Assembly: GCA_012719175.1 (NCBI GenBank)
Contig: JAAYAX010000006.1
Span: 17,777 to 81,776 of the forward strand
From: Methanomassiliicoccus sp.
Lineage (GTDB): Archaea; Thermoplasmatota; Thermoplasmata; Methanomassiliicoccales; Methanomassiliicoccaceae
Direction of reading: 5' to 3'
DNA: 64,000 bases
The notes beneath the pieces were generated by a model. It was given only the letters and a program-made list of their open reading frames with translations, did not search any database and was not told the origin of the DNA. Position numbers and translations under genes: made by a program. How positions within the stretch are numbered: the first letter of the stretch is position 1; the number at the start of each line of letters is the position of its first letter. This document shows positions 54,765 to 64,000 of the stretch, piece after piece.

Positions 54765-57371
54765 ATGATAAGCGTTGTGCTCGCCCTGCTGGTGATCTCC
54801 GGTCTTATCCTTACAGCCCTGGGGCTGTACTCCGCCCGGTTCCAGACCGTGGCGGCCAGGAGACCATTCGCCTGGATGATGTACCTAAATGCCGCCTGGT
54901 GCCTCCTCTTCGCTCTCAGCGGGGTGGTGGACGACCCCGGGACCATGCTCGCGCTGTTCCAGGTGGTCCTGGGCATAGTCGCAGTGGTGCCGATCAGCTG
55001 CCTGGTCACCATAATATATCTCGTGGGCCTGCAGGAACAGGTCACCAGGGGCAGGCTGGCCGCTCTCCTCGCCTTGCCCGCTCTGAGCATAGCGGTCAAT
55101 GCCACCAACGGCCTGACGTCGTGGTTCATCACCGGCTATGAGGTCATCGAGGTCATGGGATATCAGACGCTGGCCCTTCAATATGGGCCAGGTTTCCTGA
55201 TCCATACCATATACTCCTACATCATAGTCATCTCCACCCTTCTTCTCCTTCTGTGGCATCTGTTCAGGACAACGCGGGTGTACCAGTGGAGGGACATCCT
55301 GGTCATGATAGGATTCTCCATCCCCTTCGTAGGCAACGCCCTGGTGATCTCCGGCAGCTCCCGGGGCTTGGACATCACGCCCATTTTGTTCGTCGTGACC
55401 GGCCTGTCCCTGGCCTTCGCCCTCTTCCGGTTCCAGCTGCTGAGGATAATGCCCGTGGCCCGGAGCGTCATCATCGACATCTCCTCGGACCCCACCATCA
55501 TCCTGGACCGTCAGGGCAAGGTGGTGGACCTCAACCCTGCGGCCTCCCAGCTCTTCGATCTCCGCGATAATGACCTGGGCAAGGAAGCGCGGTCCCTCTT
55601 CCAGGACATGAAGGGCATGTCCGAGCTTGTGGACGGCGGCAGCAAGGGCCGTCGAACCATGGTGCTGGAGTCGCCCTCCGGAAAAAGATACTACGACTCT
55701 CAGGTCGATGAGGTCGTGGACGGGGGAACCATGATGGGACGTGTCATCATTATGCATGATGTCACCGAAAGCAAGCTCACCCAGGACGCGCTCAGGGAGA
55801 GCGAAGAGCGCTACCGGGCCATCTTCGACCAGTTCGATGGTACCATCATGGTGGTGGACATCGAGGACGGCTCGTTGCTCCAGGCGAACCAAGCTTTCTG
55901 CACCCACTTCGGCATCCCTCCTGATGAGGTCACGTCCCTGAACATCCAGTCCATATCCATGATCGATCACTCTTTTAAGGGAGACATTCAGAGCGAGGTC
56001 AAGAACGGCCGCCGCTTCTCCTTCGAGACCACTTCCCTCCTTCCAGACGGCAATGTCATGAACATCGAGGTCGTGGCCAGCCCCTTCAGGTACGGGGGCA
56101 GGAGAGCGATGTGCATCATCGGGCGGAACATAACCGAGCGGAGGCAGGCCGAGATAATAAAGGAGCGGATCGGGAAGCTGGAGGCCATCGGAACACTGGC
56201 GGGGGGCATAGCCCACGACTTCAACAACCTCTTGACCAGCGTGCTGGGATATGTGTCCCTGATCAAGATGCGCAGCCAGCCGGGCACCGAGAACCACCGG
56301 GAGCTGACGGAGGCGGAGATGACCATCATCCAGGCCAAGGAGGTAGCGCAGGAGCTGCTGTCGCTGGCCAAGGGGGGCGCGCCCATATGCAAGCCCGTGT
56401 CCATTCCGGAGCTGCTGCGGGTCACCTCCAACCATCCCTACCTGAACAGCAACATCCAATGTCAAATTCACATACCGCCGGGAGAGTGGCTGGCCATGGT
56501 GGACCAGGGGCAGATGGGGAGGGTGTTCACCAACCTGTTCATAAACGCCAAGGATGCCATGCCCAACGGCGGTCAGGTGGACGTCACGGTGTCCAGTCAT
56601 CACGAGGGGGTGAGCGCCCCGCACGGCCTGACGCCCGGTGAGTACATCCTGGTCGAGATCAAGGACACCGGGACAGGCATCCCCCAGGACGTGCTCCCGA
56701 AGATCTTCGAGCCTTACTTCACGACCAAGAGCAAGGGCTTCGGCATAGGGCTGTCGGTGGTCTACGCCACCATCACCCGGCACCACGGCAATATCGAGGT
56801 CACCTCGAGAGTGGGGAAGGGGACCGTATTCCGCATCTACCTCCCAGTGGCCCAGGGAGCGGCGAAGGTGGCGCCTGGACCCGATATAACCATGGCCAGT
56901 GGAGAAGGGAAGGTCCTGGTGATGGACGATGAGGAGTACATACTGGACGTCATGGGCGAGATGATCAGGGCGCTGGGCTACGAGGTGGGGACGGCTCACG
57001 ATGGCAGCGAAGCGTTGGAGGAGTACCAGCGGGCCCTCGATTCGGGCAAGAGGTACGATCTGGTCATAATGGACCTGACCAACCCCCGGGGCTTAGGAGG
57101 CAAGGAGGCGATCGCGTTGCTGTTGAAGCTCGACCCCCAGGCCCGGGCCCTGGTCTCCTCTGGATACTCCAACGATCCGGTCATGTCCGACTTCCGGCAC
57201 TATGGCTTCGTAGGCGTACTGCCCAAGCCGTACCAGCTGGAGGAGCTGTCGTATGCCATCAAGCAGGGGCTCGTCGGCTCCAGGGCAAATGCCGGACAGG
57301 GCTGCGCCCACTCAACGGACGGTAAGGACGCTGTGCTATCCGGCGGCGATGCCGGTCACATTACCCCTTGA
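54765..57371 (+). CDS. 7TM-PAS-HisKA-HATPase-REC hybrid sensor histidine kinase
   Basis: N-terminal about 7 TM helices, PAS blocks, H-box GGIAHDFNNLL, N/G boxes, C-terminal receiver (LVIMDLT). Confidence 0.9.
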   Translation: MISVVLALLVISGLILTALGLYSARFQTVAARRPFAWMMYLNAAWCLLFALSGVVDDPGTMLALFQVVLGIVAVVPISCLVTIIYLVGLQEQVTRGRLAALLALPALSIAVNATNGLTSWFITGYEVIEVMGYQTLALQYGPGFLIHTIYSYIIVISTLLLLLWHLFRTTRVYQWRDILVMIGFSIPFVGNALVISGSSRGLDITPILFVVTGLSLAFALFRFQLLRIMPVARSVIIDISSDPTIILDRQGKVVDLNPAASQLFDLRDNDLGKEARSLFQDMKGMSELVDGGSKGRRTMVLESPSGKRYYDSQVDEVVDGGTMMGRVIIMHDVTESKLTQDALRESEERYRAIFDQFDGTIMVVDIEDGSLLQANQAFCTHFGIPPDEVTSLNIQSISMIDHSFKGDIQSEVKNGRRFSFETTSLLPDGNVMNIEVVASPFRYGGRRAMCIIGRNITERRQAEIIKERIGKLEAIGTLAGGIAHDFNNLLTSVLGYVSLIKMRSQPGTENHRELTEAEMTIIQAKEVAQELLSLAKGGAPICKPVSIPELLRVTSNHPYLNSNIQCQIHIPPGEWLAMVDQGQMGRVFTNLFINAKDAMPNGGQVDVTVSSHHEGVSAPHGLTPGEYILVEIKDTGTGIPQDVLPKIFEPYFTTKSKGFGIGLSVVYATITRHHGNIEVTSRVGKGTVFRIYLPVAQGAAKVAPGPDITMASGEGKVLVMDDEEYILDVMGEMIRALGYEVGTAHDGSEALEEYQRALDSGKRYDLVIMDLTNPRGLGGKEAIALLLKLDPQARALVSSGYSNDPVMSDFRHYGFVGVLPKPYQLEELSYAIKQGLVGSRANAGQGCAHSTDGKDAVLSGGDAGHITP

Positions 57372-57512
57372 CCGTCATCTCATAGGCACCCAGATGTTCA
57401 GAGCGACACATGCTCATGGCCGGTCTCGCTGCCATCCAGGACCTCCTCGACCTGCAGACCCGAGGCCGGGGAGAACGTGACCATCCGGGAAGGATAAAGG
57501 TGCACAGGACGT

Positions 57513-58262
57513 CTACCGCACCTTGACGTCCTTGCGGCAGCGGGACAGGATGTGGTCCCGGACGAGGGGGAGGTCCTCTATCGGAGCGTACACCTGGTTG
57601 CGCGACAGGCTTCCGTTCAGGTATATCGTATCTCTCTTCGGGCTGAACCTTATCGACCGGACCTCGGAGAACCTGGTGTACATGCTCTGCCGGCTCGCTG
57701 CCAGGAGGCCCGCCCCGGCCGCGGTGAGGTTCCCGCCGGCCAGTCCGGCCAGCGCGGTGAGCAGACCCATCGCTTTGGCCCGGTCGTACTGCCTCTTCAG
57801 CTGGATGTGGTGTACGCCCTTGTCGTCCATTCTGAACAGCACCTGGTACTTTCCACCATAGATGATGCCGATCATCAGGTACGCCACCACCAGGAGGACG
57901 CCGAGGATGGCGCCGCATATCGCCAGCACGGTGAGCGCCAGGGTCCCCGCCTCAGCGATGCCGTTCTCCAGGCCCAGGACGAAGGCCAGCACCACGGGCA
58001 CGGCCAGGGAGAGCATGAGCACCTTGGCCACGGTGATCAATATGACCGGGTTCTTCCAGAACGATAGCTCATACACCCAGGTCAGCGTACCGTTCTGGTC
58101 CTTGACGATGTTGCCTATTATCCTCTCACCCCCATTCCCCCGACCACCAAACGTGGCCGAACGACACAGTTCTCGCAAAAACCGCAACATCGTCGATGGC
58201 GGACCCACAGTTCTCACAGAGCATTGGTATGAGTCTCCCCCTTCTCCGTATCCAGTATCCAT
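57513..58262 (-). CDS. membrane protein of unknown function; N-terminus uncertain or possibly frameshifted
   Basis: two to three TM helices then soluble C-domain; candidate starts GTG 58292, ATG 58262, ATG 58190; see finding on 58137-58224. Confidence 0.55.
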   Translation of the reverse strand: MDTGYGEGGDSYQCSVRTVGPPSTMLRFLRELCRSATFGGRGNGGERIIGNIVKDQNGTLTWVYELSFWKNPVILITVAKVLMLSLAVPVVLAFVLGLENGIAEAGTLALTVLAICGAILGVLLVVAYLMIGIIYGGKYQVLFRMDDKGVHHIQLKRQYDRAKAMGLLTALAGLAGGNLTAAGAGLLAASRQSMYTRFSEVRSIRFSPKRDTIYLNGSLSRNQVYAPIEDLPLVRDHILSRCRKDVKVR

Positions 58263-58395
58263 CTTAGATATTTGAACAATGCCAGGGACCACACCCCGGC
58301 CGCCCCCAAAACACCGACGCCTAGCAAGAGCATTTTTTAGATAACAATGGACTGAGCTTTAATATTGGATTTTTTTTATATTAGATATTCAAAAA

Positions 58396-58472
58396 TGGTG
58401 GGGCCGTCCGGATTTGAACCGGAGACAAGGCGTCCCGAACGCCCTAGTTATGCCAAGCTAGCCTACGGCCCC
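58396..58472 (-). tRNA. tRNA-Pro, anticodon CGG, CCA encoded
   Basis: Hand-folded: acceptor GGGGCCG/CGGCCCC, anticodon arm GGGCG-TTCGGGA-CGCCT, T-arm TCCGG-TTCAAAT-CCGGA, discriminator A, CCA; D-stem has one mismatch; T-run follows the 3-prime end. Confidence 0.85.
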
Positions 58473-58502
58473 GTGAGTAGGATGGGCTAATAATGACTCA
58501 TG

Positions 58503-58510
58503 TTAAATAG
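58503..58510 (-). promoter_or_regulatory. TATA-like CTATTTAA about 31 nt upstream of tRNA-Pro 5-prime end
   Basis: Read directly on minus strand. Confidence 0.35.
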
Positions 58511-58514
58511 CTAT

Positions 58515-59893
58515 CGTCAAGCTGGGAATTTATGTGAATGAGAGCCATCTTATCTCAGTACCGCACTTAGTGATCCCTGCACTCTAACGCGGCTTGGAGT
58601 ATCTACAACTCAAGTCAGACTTAAGCTCGCAGCTGGGTTCGGTCATTTGCTATGGACGCCCGAAACGTCCCCCTCATCGCCCGCTGCATGTGGCTGGTAG
58701 ATCAACAGCCTGCTCGCATCAGACCTGCCAAGGCGAGCAATGATCCTGGAGGCATTGAGATCAGCGTTGAGTTGGAAGCCGCACTTCACACAGTGGAACT
58801 CGTTTCCCTTCCGGCTCTTCTTGTCGATCCACCCGCACCTGGAACACCATTGTGATGTGCAGGTTGGGTCGACAAGGACGACCGCCTTTCCCATTTCCTC
58901 GGCTTTGTATCGAAGAAAGACCTCCAGCTGATGATACGCCCAGCTGCGAAGCCTCCCCCTTGTCCTCCGGTCCAGCCACCTACACATATTGATGTTGGCC
59001 AGATCCTCCAGGGCGAACACCGCAAACTCCGTGCTCGCAATAATCTTAGAGATACGATGGTTCTCGCAGGTCACAAACCGTCTCTCTCGCCCGGACTGCT
59101 TTCTTAACCTTCTTATCGCCGAGCGAGTGCCTACCGCCTGCAGCTCCGCTTTGTTCTTCGCATACCTTCCCCTTGTGGCATTGATCTGAGAGGAATTGAA
59201 GAACATGTTATTGGAGCAAACAGCCACGTTCTTCAAACCACGATCTATACCCAGGATATCACCTTTGCTCTGAGCTAATACTTCACGATTCTCGACAACG
59301 ACGTTGAGAAAGAACAGCTTGGTGATCTTGTTCCAGACCAGATTGGATATTTTACACTTCCAGTCCTTGTACTTTTCCAGATAGGCGTACAAGACTACCG
59401 GAGCATGAATTCTTCCTTCAATGGAATATAAGCTCACCGTTCCTGAGCTGAAGTAGACCTTGGCTTCCTTCCAGGGGTACCTCACAGCAGCATACGTCCT
59501 CCTTTTTGGAACCGCCCTACACTTACATCTCTTCAGCGCCTCACAGGCAACGTCCTTGGAACTCTGGATAAGTCCAGCGCCCAACTTGGGTACCGCTGCC
59601 CTGGTATCATAATATATCTCGTACTGGAGCCTGCGCTTGTCCCAGCAGTGATGCTCATACCCCCACCGCGCCGCGTGGTCGAACGCCCGGGTGTACTCCT
59701 CCATGGTCCTGAGCAGCGAGCCCTTCTGCTCCTCCGTCAGGACGAGCTTCAGCCTCACCGTGCGCATCACGACCGCTTATCGGCACATCCCACGATGACG
59801 ATGTCCAGTACAGTTAGGCTGATAGATTTGACAAGGCCTCGGCCTGCCCCGAACATCCAGTCTTACATCTTTTGTCGTATAGCTCCTACGACA
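58515..59893 (-). mobile_element. non-autonomous IS200/IS605-type element carrying only tnpB; boundaries approximate
   Basis: No Y1 transposase tnpA; GC visibly lower than flanks; bounded by tRNA-Pro TATA (58503-58510) and XRE-gene TATA (59895-59903); hairpin GTCGTA-N7-TACGAC at 59874-59892. Confidence 0.55.
58643..59767 (-). CDS. tnpB: TnpB / OrfB RNA-guided endonuclease (IS200/IS605 family, IS1341-like)
   Basis: RuvC-I GIDRGLKN, RuvC-II FALEDL, zinc finger CSRC..CVKC, RuvC-III NADLNASRII; all catalytic positions intact; ATG 59767 (GTG 59770). Confidence 0.9.
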   Translation of the reverse strand: MRTVRLKLVLTEEQKGSLLRTMEEYTRAFDHAARWGYEHHCWDKRRLQYEIYYDTRAAVPKLGAGLIQSSKDVACEALKRCKCRAVPKRRTYAAVRYPWKEAKVYFSSGTVSLYSIEGRIHAPVVLYAYLEKYKDWKCKISNLVWNKITKLFFLNVVVENREVLAQSKGDILGIDRGLKNVAVCSNNMFFNSSQINATRGRYAKNKAELQAVGTRSAIRRLRKQSGRERRFVTCENHRISKIIASTEFAVFALEDLANINMCRWLDRRTRGRLRSWAYHQLEVFLRYKAEEMGKAVVLVDPTCTSQWCSRCGWIDKKSRKGNEFHCVKCGFQLNADLNASRIIARLGRSDASRLLIYQPHAAGDEGDVSGVHSK

Positions 59894-59894
59894 C

Positions 59895-59903
59895 TTATAA
59901 ATA
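59895..59903 (+). promoter_or_regulatory. TATA-like TTATAAATA about 25 nt upstream of XRE regulator ATG (near-leaderless)
   Basis: Read directly. Confidence 0.35.
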
Positions 59904-59927
59904 CACAGCCAGTTACTCCCGGACGCG

Positions 59928-60611
59928 ATGAGGGAGCAGCTGCGGGAGAAGATCGCAGGGGAGATCACGCTCTCTGCGGACGCGGGGAAGACCATCCGCA
60001 AGTGGAGGGAGGAGTTCGGCATCTCCCAGCAGGAGATGGCGCGGAACCTGGGAATATCGCCGTCGGTCATCAGCGACTATGAGTCTGGACGCAGAAAATC
60101 GCCGGGCATCGCCATCATCCGGCGCATGGTCGACGGGCTCATAGACCTGGACGAGCGCTCCGGGGGGAGGGTGCTGAAGAAGTACGACCTCGGGGAGAAG
60201 CACGACTGCATCATCAGCATCAACGAGTTCCGCACCAGCCTGGCCGCGTCGGAGTTCATGGACATCATCGAGGCCGATACCCTCAACGAGGGCATCTCCC
60301 TGGAACGCCACATTCACGGTTACACCATCATCGACTCCATCAAGGCCATAACCTCGCTGTCCTCGTTCGACTACCTCAAGATCTATGGATGGTCGAGCGA
60401 GCGGGCCCTGATCTTCACCGGGGTCAAGTTCGGCCGCTCCCCCATGATCGCCATTCGCGCCCATCCGCTGAAGCCGAGCATGGTCGGTTACCACCGCCCG
60501 GAGCACGTGGACGAGCTGGCCATCAAGCTGGCGACCCTCGAGGGGATACCGCTTATCAAGACGGAGATGCCGGTCAACACCATGATCGACCGTCTCAAGA
60601 AGCTCATTTAG
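59928..60611 (+). CDS. XRE-family HTH protein with C-terminal uncharacterised domain
   Basis: [34 protein letters not shown]. Confidence 0.8.
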   Translation: MREQLREKIAGEITLSADAGKTIRKWREEFGISQQEMARNLGISPSVISDYESGRRKSPGIAIIRRMVDGLIDLDERSGGRVLKKYDLGEKHDCIISINEFRTSLAASEFMDIIEADTLNEGISLERHIHGYTIIDSIKAITSLSSFDYLKIYGWSSERALIFTGVKFGRSPMIAIRAHPLKPSMVGYHRPEHVDELAIKLATLEGIPLIKTEMPVNTMIDRLKKLI

Positions 60612-60621
60612 GAGGAATGCA

Positions 60622-61680
60622 ATGGAAGTAGGCATTGTCAGCTACGGGGCGTACCTGCCCCGGTACAGGATCACCCCGCAGGAGATAGGCAGGGTGTGGG
60701 GGACCGACGGAGAGCAGATGAGCAAGAACCTGCTGATCCTCTCCAAATCCGTCCCCTCGCCTGACGAGGACGTCATAACCATCTCCATCGAGGCGGCCAG
60801 GAACATGTTGCGGCGCTGCGAGGTCAACCCCCAGGACATCGGTGCGATTTATGTCGGCTCGGAGTCGCATCCCTATGCGGTCAAGCCCACCGGGACCGTG
60901 GTGGCCGAGGCCATCGGGGCCGGCCCCAACCTCACGGTGGCGGACTATGAGTTCGCCTGCAAGGCCGGCACGGCCGCCATCCAGACCTGCATGGGCCTGG
61001 TCGGTTCGGGCATGATCAAGTACGGCGTGGCCATCGGCGCCGACACCTCCCAGGGAGCGCCCGGGGACGCCCTGGAGTTCTCCGCCTCGGCCGGCGGGGC
61101 TGCGTACCTCATCGGCTCCGAGAAGGTGATCGCCCGGATAAACAAGACCTGCTCCTACACCACGGACACGCCGGACTTCTGGCGCCGAGAGGGGCAGTGC
61201 TACCCCTCCCACGGTGGCCGCTTCACCGGCGAGCCGGCCTACTTCAAGCACATACTGGCCGCGGCCAAGAACCTCTTCGGTGTCATGGGCACCAAGCCTA
61301 CCGACTATCAGTACGCGGTGTTCCACCAGCCCAACGGCAAGTTCCCGGTGAGGGTCGCCAAGCAGCTCGGTTTCACCGAACAGCAGATCGAGGTGGGGCT
61401 CCTGACGCCGTTCATCGGCAACACCTACTCCGGCGCCGTGCCCCTTGGTCTGGCGTCCGTTCTGGACGTTGCCGAGCCGGGGCAGCGCATCTTCGCTGTG
61501 GCCTACGGTTCCGGGGCGGGCTCGGACGCCTTCGACATCACCGTGACGGACGAGATAAAGGAGCTGCGTCGGGAGAGGGCGCCCACGGTCAAGGAGCTGG
61601 TGGAGAGGAAGAAGTTCCTGGACTACGCCACCTACGCCAAGTATCGGGGCAAGATCAGGATGAAGGAGGGAGCAGAATGA
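60622..61680 (+). CDS. hydroxymethylglutaryl-CoA synthase (archaeal)
   Basis: [15 protein letters not shown], thiolase-fold condensing enzyme, operon with thiolase and DUF35. Confidence 0.88.
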   Translation: MEVGIVSYGAYLPRYRITPQEIGRVWGTDGEQMSKNLLILSKSVPSPDEDVITISIEAARNMLRRCEVNPQDIGAIYVGSESHPYAVKPTGTVVAEAIGAGPNLTVADYEFACKAGTAAIQTCMGLVGSGMIKYGVAIGADTSQGAPGDALEFSASAGGAAYLIGSEKVIARINKTCSYTTDTPDFWRREGQCYPSHGGRFTGEPAYFKHILAAAKNLFGVMGTKPTDYQYAVFHQPNGKFPVRVAKQLGFTEQQIEVGLLTPFIGNTYSGAVPLGLASVLDVAEPGQRIFAVAYGSGAGSDAFDITVTDEIKELRRERAPTVKELVERKKFLDYATYAKYRGKIRMKEGAE

Positions 61681-62846
61681 GAGAGGTAGCGATCATCGGC
61701 ATCGGGGACACCAAGTTCGGGGAGCTGTGGGACCAGTCCTTCCGTGACCTGGGCATACAGGCGGGGCTGTCCGCGGTGGGGGATGCCAACCTGTCGGGCG
61801 AGGAGATAGACGCGCTGTACGTGGGCAACATGTCCGCGGGGAAGTTCATCGAGCAGGAGCACATCGGGGCGCTCATAGCCGACTACTCTGGCCTGGCGCG
61901 GGACCACATCCCCGCCACCAGGGTGGAGGCGGCCGGCGCGTCGGGGGCCCTGGCGTTCCGTCAGGGGTATCTGGCAGTGGCCTCGGGCATGCACGACATA
62001 GTGGTCGTCGGCGGGGCCGAGAAGATGACCGACGTCGGCGACGTGCTGTCCACGGAGATCCAGGCCACGGCGGCGGACCAGCAGTGGGAGACGGCCTTCG
62101 GGGCCACCTTCCCCTCCTTGCACGCCCTCATCGCCCGACGGCACATGCACGAGTACGGCACCACCAGGGAGCAGATGGGCATGGTGGCGGTGAAGAACCA
62201 CAAGCACGGTTCCCTCAACCCCAAGGCGCAGTACCAGAAGGAGATCAAGCTGGACGCCGTCCTGAAATCCCCTCCGGTGGCCGAGCCCCTGGGGATGTTC
62301 GACTGCGCACCCATATCCGACGGCGCGGCCGCGGTGGTGCTGTGCTGCATGGACAAGGCGCGGAAGTACACCGACACGCCGGTGAAGGTGCTCGCCTCCG
62401 GGCAGGCCTCGGACACGCTGGCGCTGGCGCACCGCGAGAGCATCACCCGCTTCGACGCCACCACCGTGGCGGCGCAAAGGGCCTTCAAGCAGGCGGACAC
62501 CGACGCTTCGGGCATCCAGGTGGCGGAGGTGCATGACAACTTCACCATCTCCGAGATCCTGGCCGTGGAGGACCTGGGCTTCTTCCCCAAGGGGGAAGGG
62601 GGCAAGGCCACGGCCGAGGGGCAGACCGCGCTGGGAGCGAAGATCGCCGTCAACACCTCCGGCGGGCTCAAGGCGCGCGGCGACCCCATCGGGGCCACCG
62701 GCATCGCCCAGGTCGTGGAGCTGGTGTACCAGCTGCGGGGGCAGGCGGGCAAGCGGCAGGTCGCCGGGGCCGAGCGCGGCCTTGCCCACAATGTCGGAGG
62801 GACCGGGGCCACGGCCATCGTCACCATCCTGGGGAGGGTGAACTAA
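61677..62846 (+). CDS. acetyl-CoA acetyltransferase (thiolase)
   Basis: [16 protein letters not shown]-terminal [20 protein letters not shown]; ATGA overlap; track N-extension rejected. Confidence 0.9.
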   Translation: MREVAIIGIGDTKFGELWDQSFRDLGIQAGLSAVGDANLSGEEIDALYVGNMSAGKFIEQEHIGALIADYSGLARDHIPATRVEAAGASGALAFRQGYLAVASGMHDIVVVGGAEKMTDVGDVLSTEIQATAADQQWETAFGATFPSLHALIARRHMHEYGTTREQMGMVAVKNHKHGSLNPKAQYQKEIKLDAVLKSPPVAEPLGMFDCAPISDGAAAVVLCCMDKARKYTDTPVKVLASGQASDTLALAHRESITRFDATTVAAQRAFKQADTDASGIQVAEVHDNFTISEILAVEDLGFFPKGEGGKATAEGQTALGAKIAVNTSGGLKARGDPIGATGIAQVVELVYQLRGQAGKRQVAGAERGLAHNVGGTGATAIVTILGRVN

Positions 62847-63248
62847 ATGACCGTCGCCAGGTTCTGGAGGGAGAACGAGTCCCGGTACAACCTCATCGGG
62901 ACGAAGTGCGGCAACTGCGGGCGGCTGTACTTCCCGCCGCGGTCGGTGTGCCCGGTATGCCACCGCAAGAGCTTGGGGAAGATGGAGCACTTCCATCTGG
63001 ATGGAAAGGGAGAGGTCCTGTCCTTCTCCATCGTCCATGACGCCCCCTCGCAGTTCGAGCTGCAGAAGCCGTACGTCATCGCCATAATAATGATGGACGA
63101 GGGCATCCGCCTCACCGGTCAGATCATCGACTGCGATCCCGCGGACGTGACCATAGGCATGAAGGTCCAGGCCACTATCCGCAAGGTCGGTGAGGAGGGA
63201 GCATCGGGCATCATCCACTATGGGTACAAGTTCATGCCCCTGCGGTGA
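62847..63248 (+). CDS. DUF35 OB-fold/zinc-ribbon protein (thiolase-HMGCS complex scaffold)
   Basis: CGNCGRLYFPPRSVCPVC rubredoxin-like ribbon then OB fold. Confidence 0.88.
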   Translation: MTVARFWRENESRYNLIGTKCGNCGRLYFPPRSVCPVCHRKSLGKMEHFHLDGKGEVLSFSIVHDAPSQFELQKPYVIAIIMMDEGIRLTGQIIDCDPADVTIGMKVQATIRKVGEEGASGIIHYGYKFMPLR

Positions 63249-63273
63249 TCAAACCCCTTCTTGATCCATTTTT

Positions 63274-64000
63274 CTAACTGTCCGGTTCCAGCTCCGCGGC
63301 GAAGGGCTGGGGCACGAACAGCACACGGTAGCTGAGCGACACCCTGCCTCCATTGTCCTTCGTGGGCAGCGGCACCGACCCCTGGGGCCACAGGACCGCG
63401 GCCAGGCCGGTCTCCTCGGAACGGGAGCCTCCGTCCAGCACCACGCCCAGGGCGGGGGACGCCCCGGTGTTGGAGATCTCCGCCGACCTCAGCTCCAGGC
63501 GCGGCATGTGGTCGGCGGTGGCCCGGTCGAGCAGGGACGCCGCCTGCCGCATGTGCTTCAGCGCACCGGCGGTGCTCTTGGATGAAAATGAAGCGCGGAA
63601 CTCCTGGGACCATCCGCCGTCTGCGCCCAAGCTCTCAGCGAAGGGCTCCAGCTGCTCGTAGCGGCGGTACAGCTCCCGAAGCTCCGTTACCTCCGCCACG
63701 GTGGCCTCGGAGAGCACCTCGGCCTCGCGGACCAGGCAGGCGGCCCGGTCCAACTTCCCTTCGGCCAGGTACCTCTCGGCATCCTTCAGCAGGGCGTTGA
63801 CCGCCTCCAAGCTGCCCTTCTTGCCGGCGATGGCCTTGGCCTTGTTGCCCTTGGCGATGATGGCCTTGTTCACCTTGGTCCTCATGGCGGCGATGGCCCC
63901 GCTCGCGCCCACCCCGGCCTCCAGGTCGCAGAGGTGGCGGTCCAGGAGCGGCAGGGCCTCCCCGGGAATGTCCTTCAGGGTGAGCCCCAGGAATGGATAG
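63274..64000 (-). CDS. hypothetical protein, 5-prime end outside window
   Basis: Frame stays open from 63912 (GTG in track) to position 64000 by my translation (LSIPGLTLKDIPGEALPLLDRHLCDLEAG..); no family recognised. Confidence 0.5.
   Translation of the reverse strand, partial: YPFLGLTLKDIPGEALPLLDRHLCDLEAGVGASGAIAAMRTKVNKAIIAKGNKAKAIAGKKGSLEAVNALLKDAERYLAEGKLDRAACLVREAEVLSEATVAEVTELRELYRRYEQLEPFAESLGADGGWSQEFRASFSSKSTAGALKHMRQAASLLDRATADHMPRLELRSAEISNTGASPALGVVLDGGSRSEETGLAAVLWPQGSVPLPTKDNGGRVSLSYRVLFVPQPFAAELEPDS

Noticed and set aside
54885-56999. 704-aa minus-strand ORF, the longest unexplained ORF in the track
   Set aside because: It is exactly antisense to the 7TM-PAS-HisKA kinase, which has clear domain motifs. 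Its translation is low-complexity and rich in G/H/R/P/D/V, as is typical of stop-poor antisense frames in high-GC DNA.
61632-63218. 528-aa minus-strand ORF, and the 549-aa plus-strand ORF starting at 61197
   Set aside because: The minus-strand ORF is antisense to the thiolase and DUF35 genes. The plus-strand ORF is an out-of-frame run-in across the HMGCS 3-prime end. The real thiolase starts at ATG 61677 ([10 protein letters not shown]), forming ATGA with the HMGCS stop.
1-64000. CRISPR arrays, cas genes, rRNA, restriction-modification or toxin-antitoxin/defence islands
   Set aside because: Scanning intergenic regions and ORF translations showed no regularly spaced direct repeats and no Cas, RM or TA signatures. 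The only mobile or foreign signal is the TnpB element.

Overview
Chromosomal window from a high-GC (roughly 60%) archaeon, probably a euryarchaeote; I cannot assign a genus. The archaeal call rests on ADH-synthase/DHQ-synthase-II aromatic biosynthesis, a GHMP-type shikimate kinase, pelota, the COG1900 homocysteine genes and an HMGCS/thiolase/DUF35 trio. All calls come from reading the supplied translations and my own translations against remembered family motifs. No database search was run.

Content is mostly core anabolism in tightly packed, often translationally coupled operons:
- partial hypF, gcvH, mtnP, and a flavin-reductase-like gene coupled to an aminotransferase
- a 10-gene minus-strand operon, hisG-C-H-A-B-F-IE / PHP phosphoesterase / lysC / pheA, with no hisD
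- a B12-binding radical SAM gene
- a REC-PAS kinase
- an 11-gene minus-strand operon: archaeal shikimate pathway, chorismate mutase-prephenate dehydrogenase, asd, and the COG1900 / NIL-ferredoxin / COG2122 homocysteine genes
- an ACT-domain regulator, carAB and pelota
- a homocitrate-synthase-like gene with LeuCD/Hac-like dehydratase subunits
- AbrB-PhoU, pstSCAB and phoU
- two DUF1638 paralogs
- an IDH-family dehydrogenase, an MFS transporter, a CopB-type ATPase and a 7TM-PAS hybrid kinase
- tRNA-Pro(CGG)
- a low-GC solo TnpB element
- an XRE regulator followed by HMG-CoA synthase / thiolase / DUF35

No CRISPR array, rRNA or recognisable defence system was seen.

Most unusual items:
1. An uncharacterised three-gene cassette (46927-49279): an internally duplicated protein plus two coupled poly-zinc-ribbon proteins.
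2. asd sits between the two aspartate-semialdehyde-consuming pathways in one operon.
3. The REC-PAS kinase has Ser where I expect the phospho-acceptor His, and a degenerate G2 box.
4. A zinc-ribbon N-terminus appears broken at two homopolymer runs.
5. An unlisted 48-aa Cys4 small ORF lies next to the B12-radical SAM gene.
6. A solo TnpB is wedged between the tRNA-Pro promoter and the promoter of the mevalonate-entry gene regulator.
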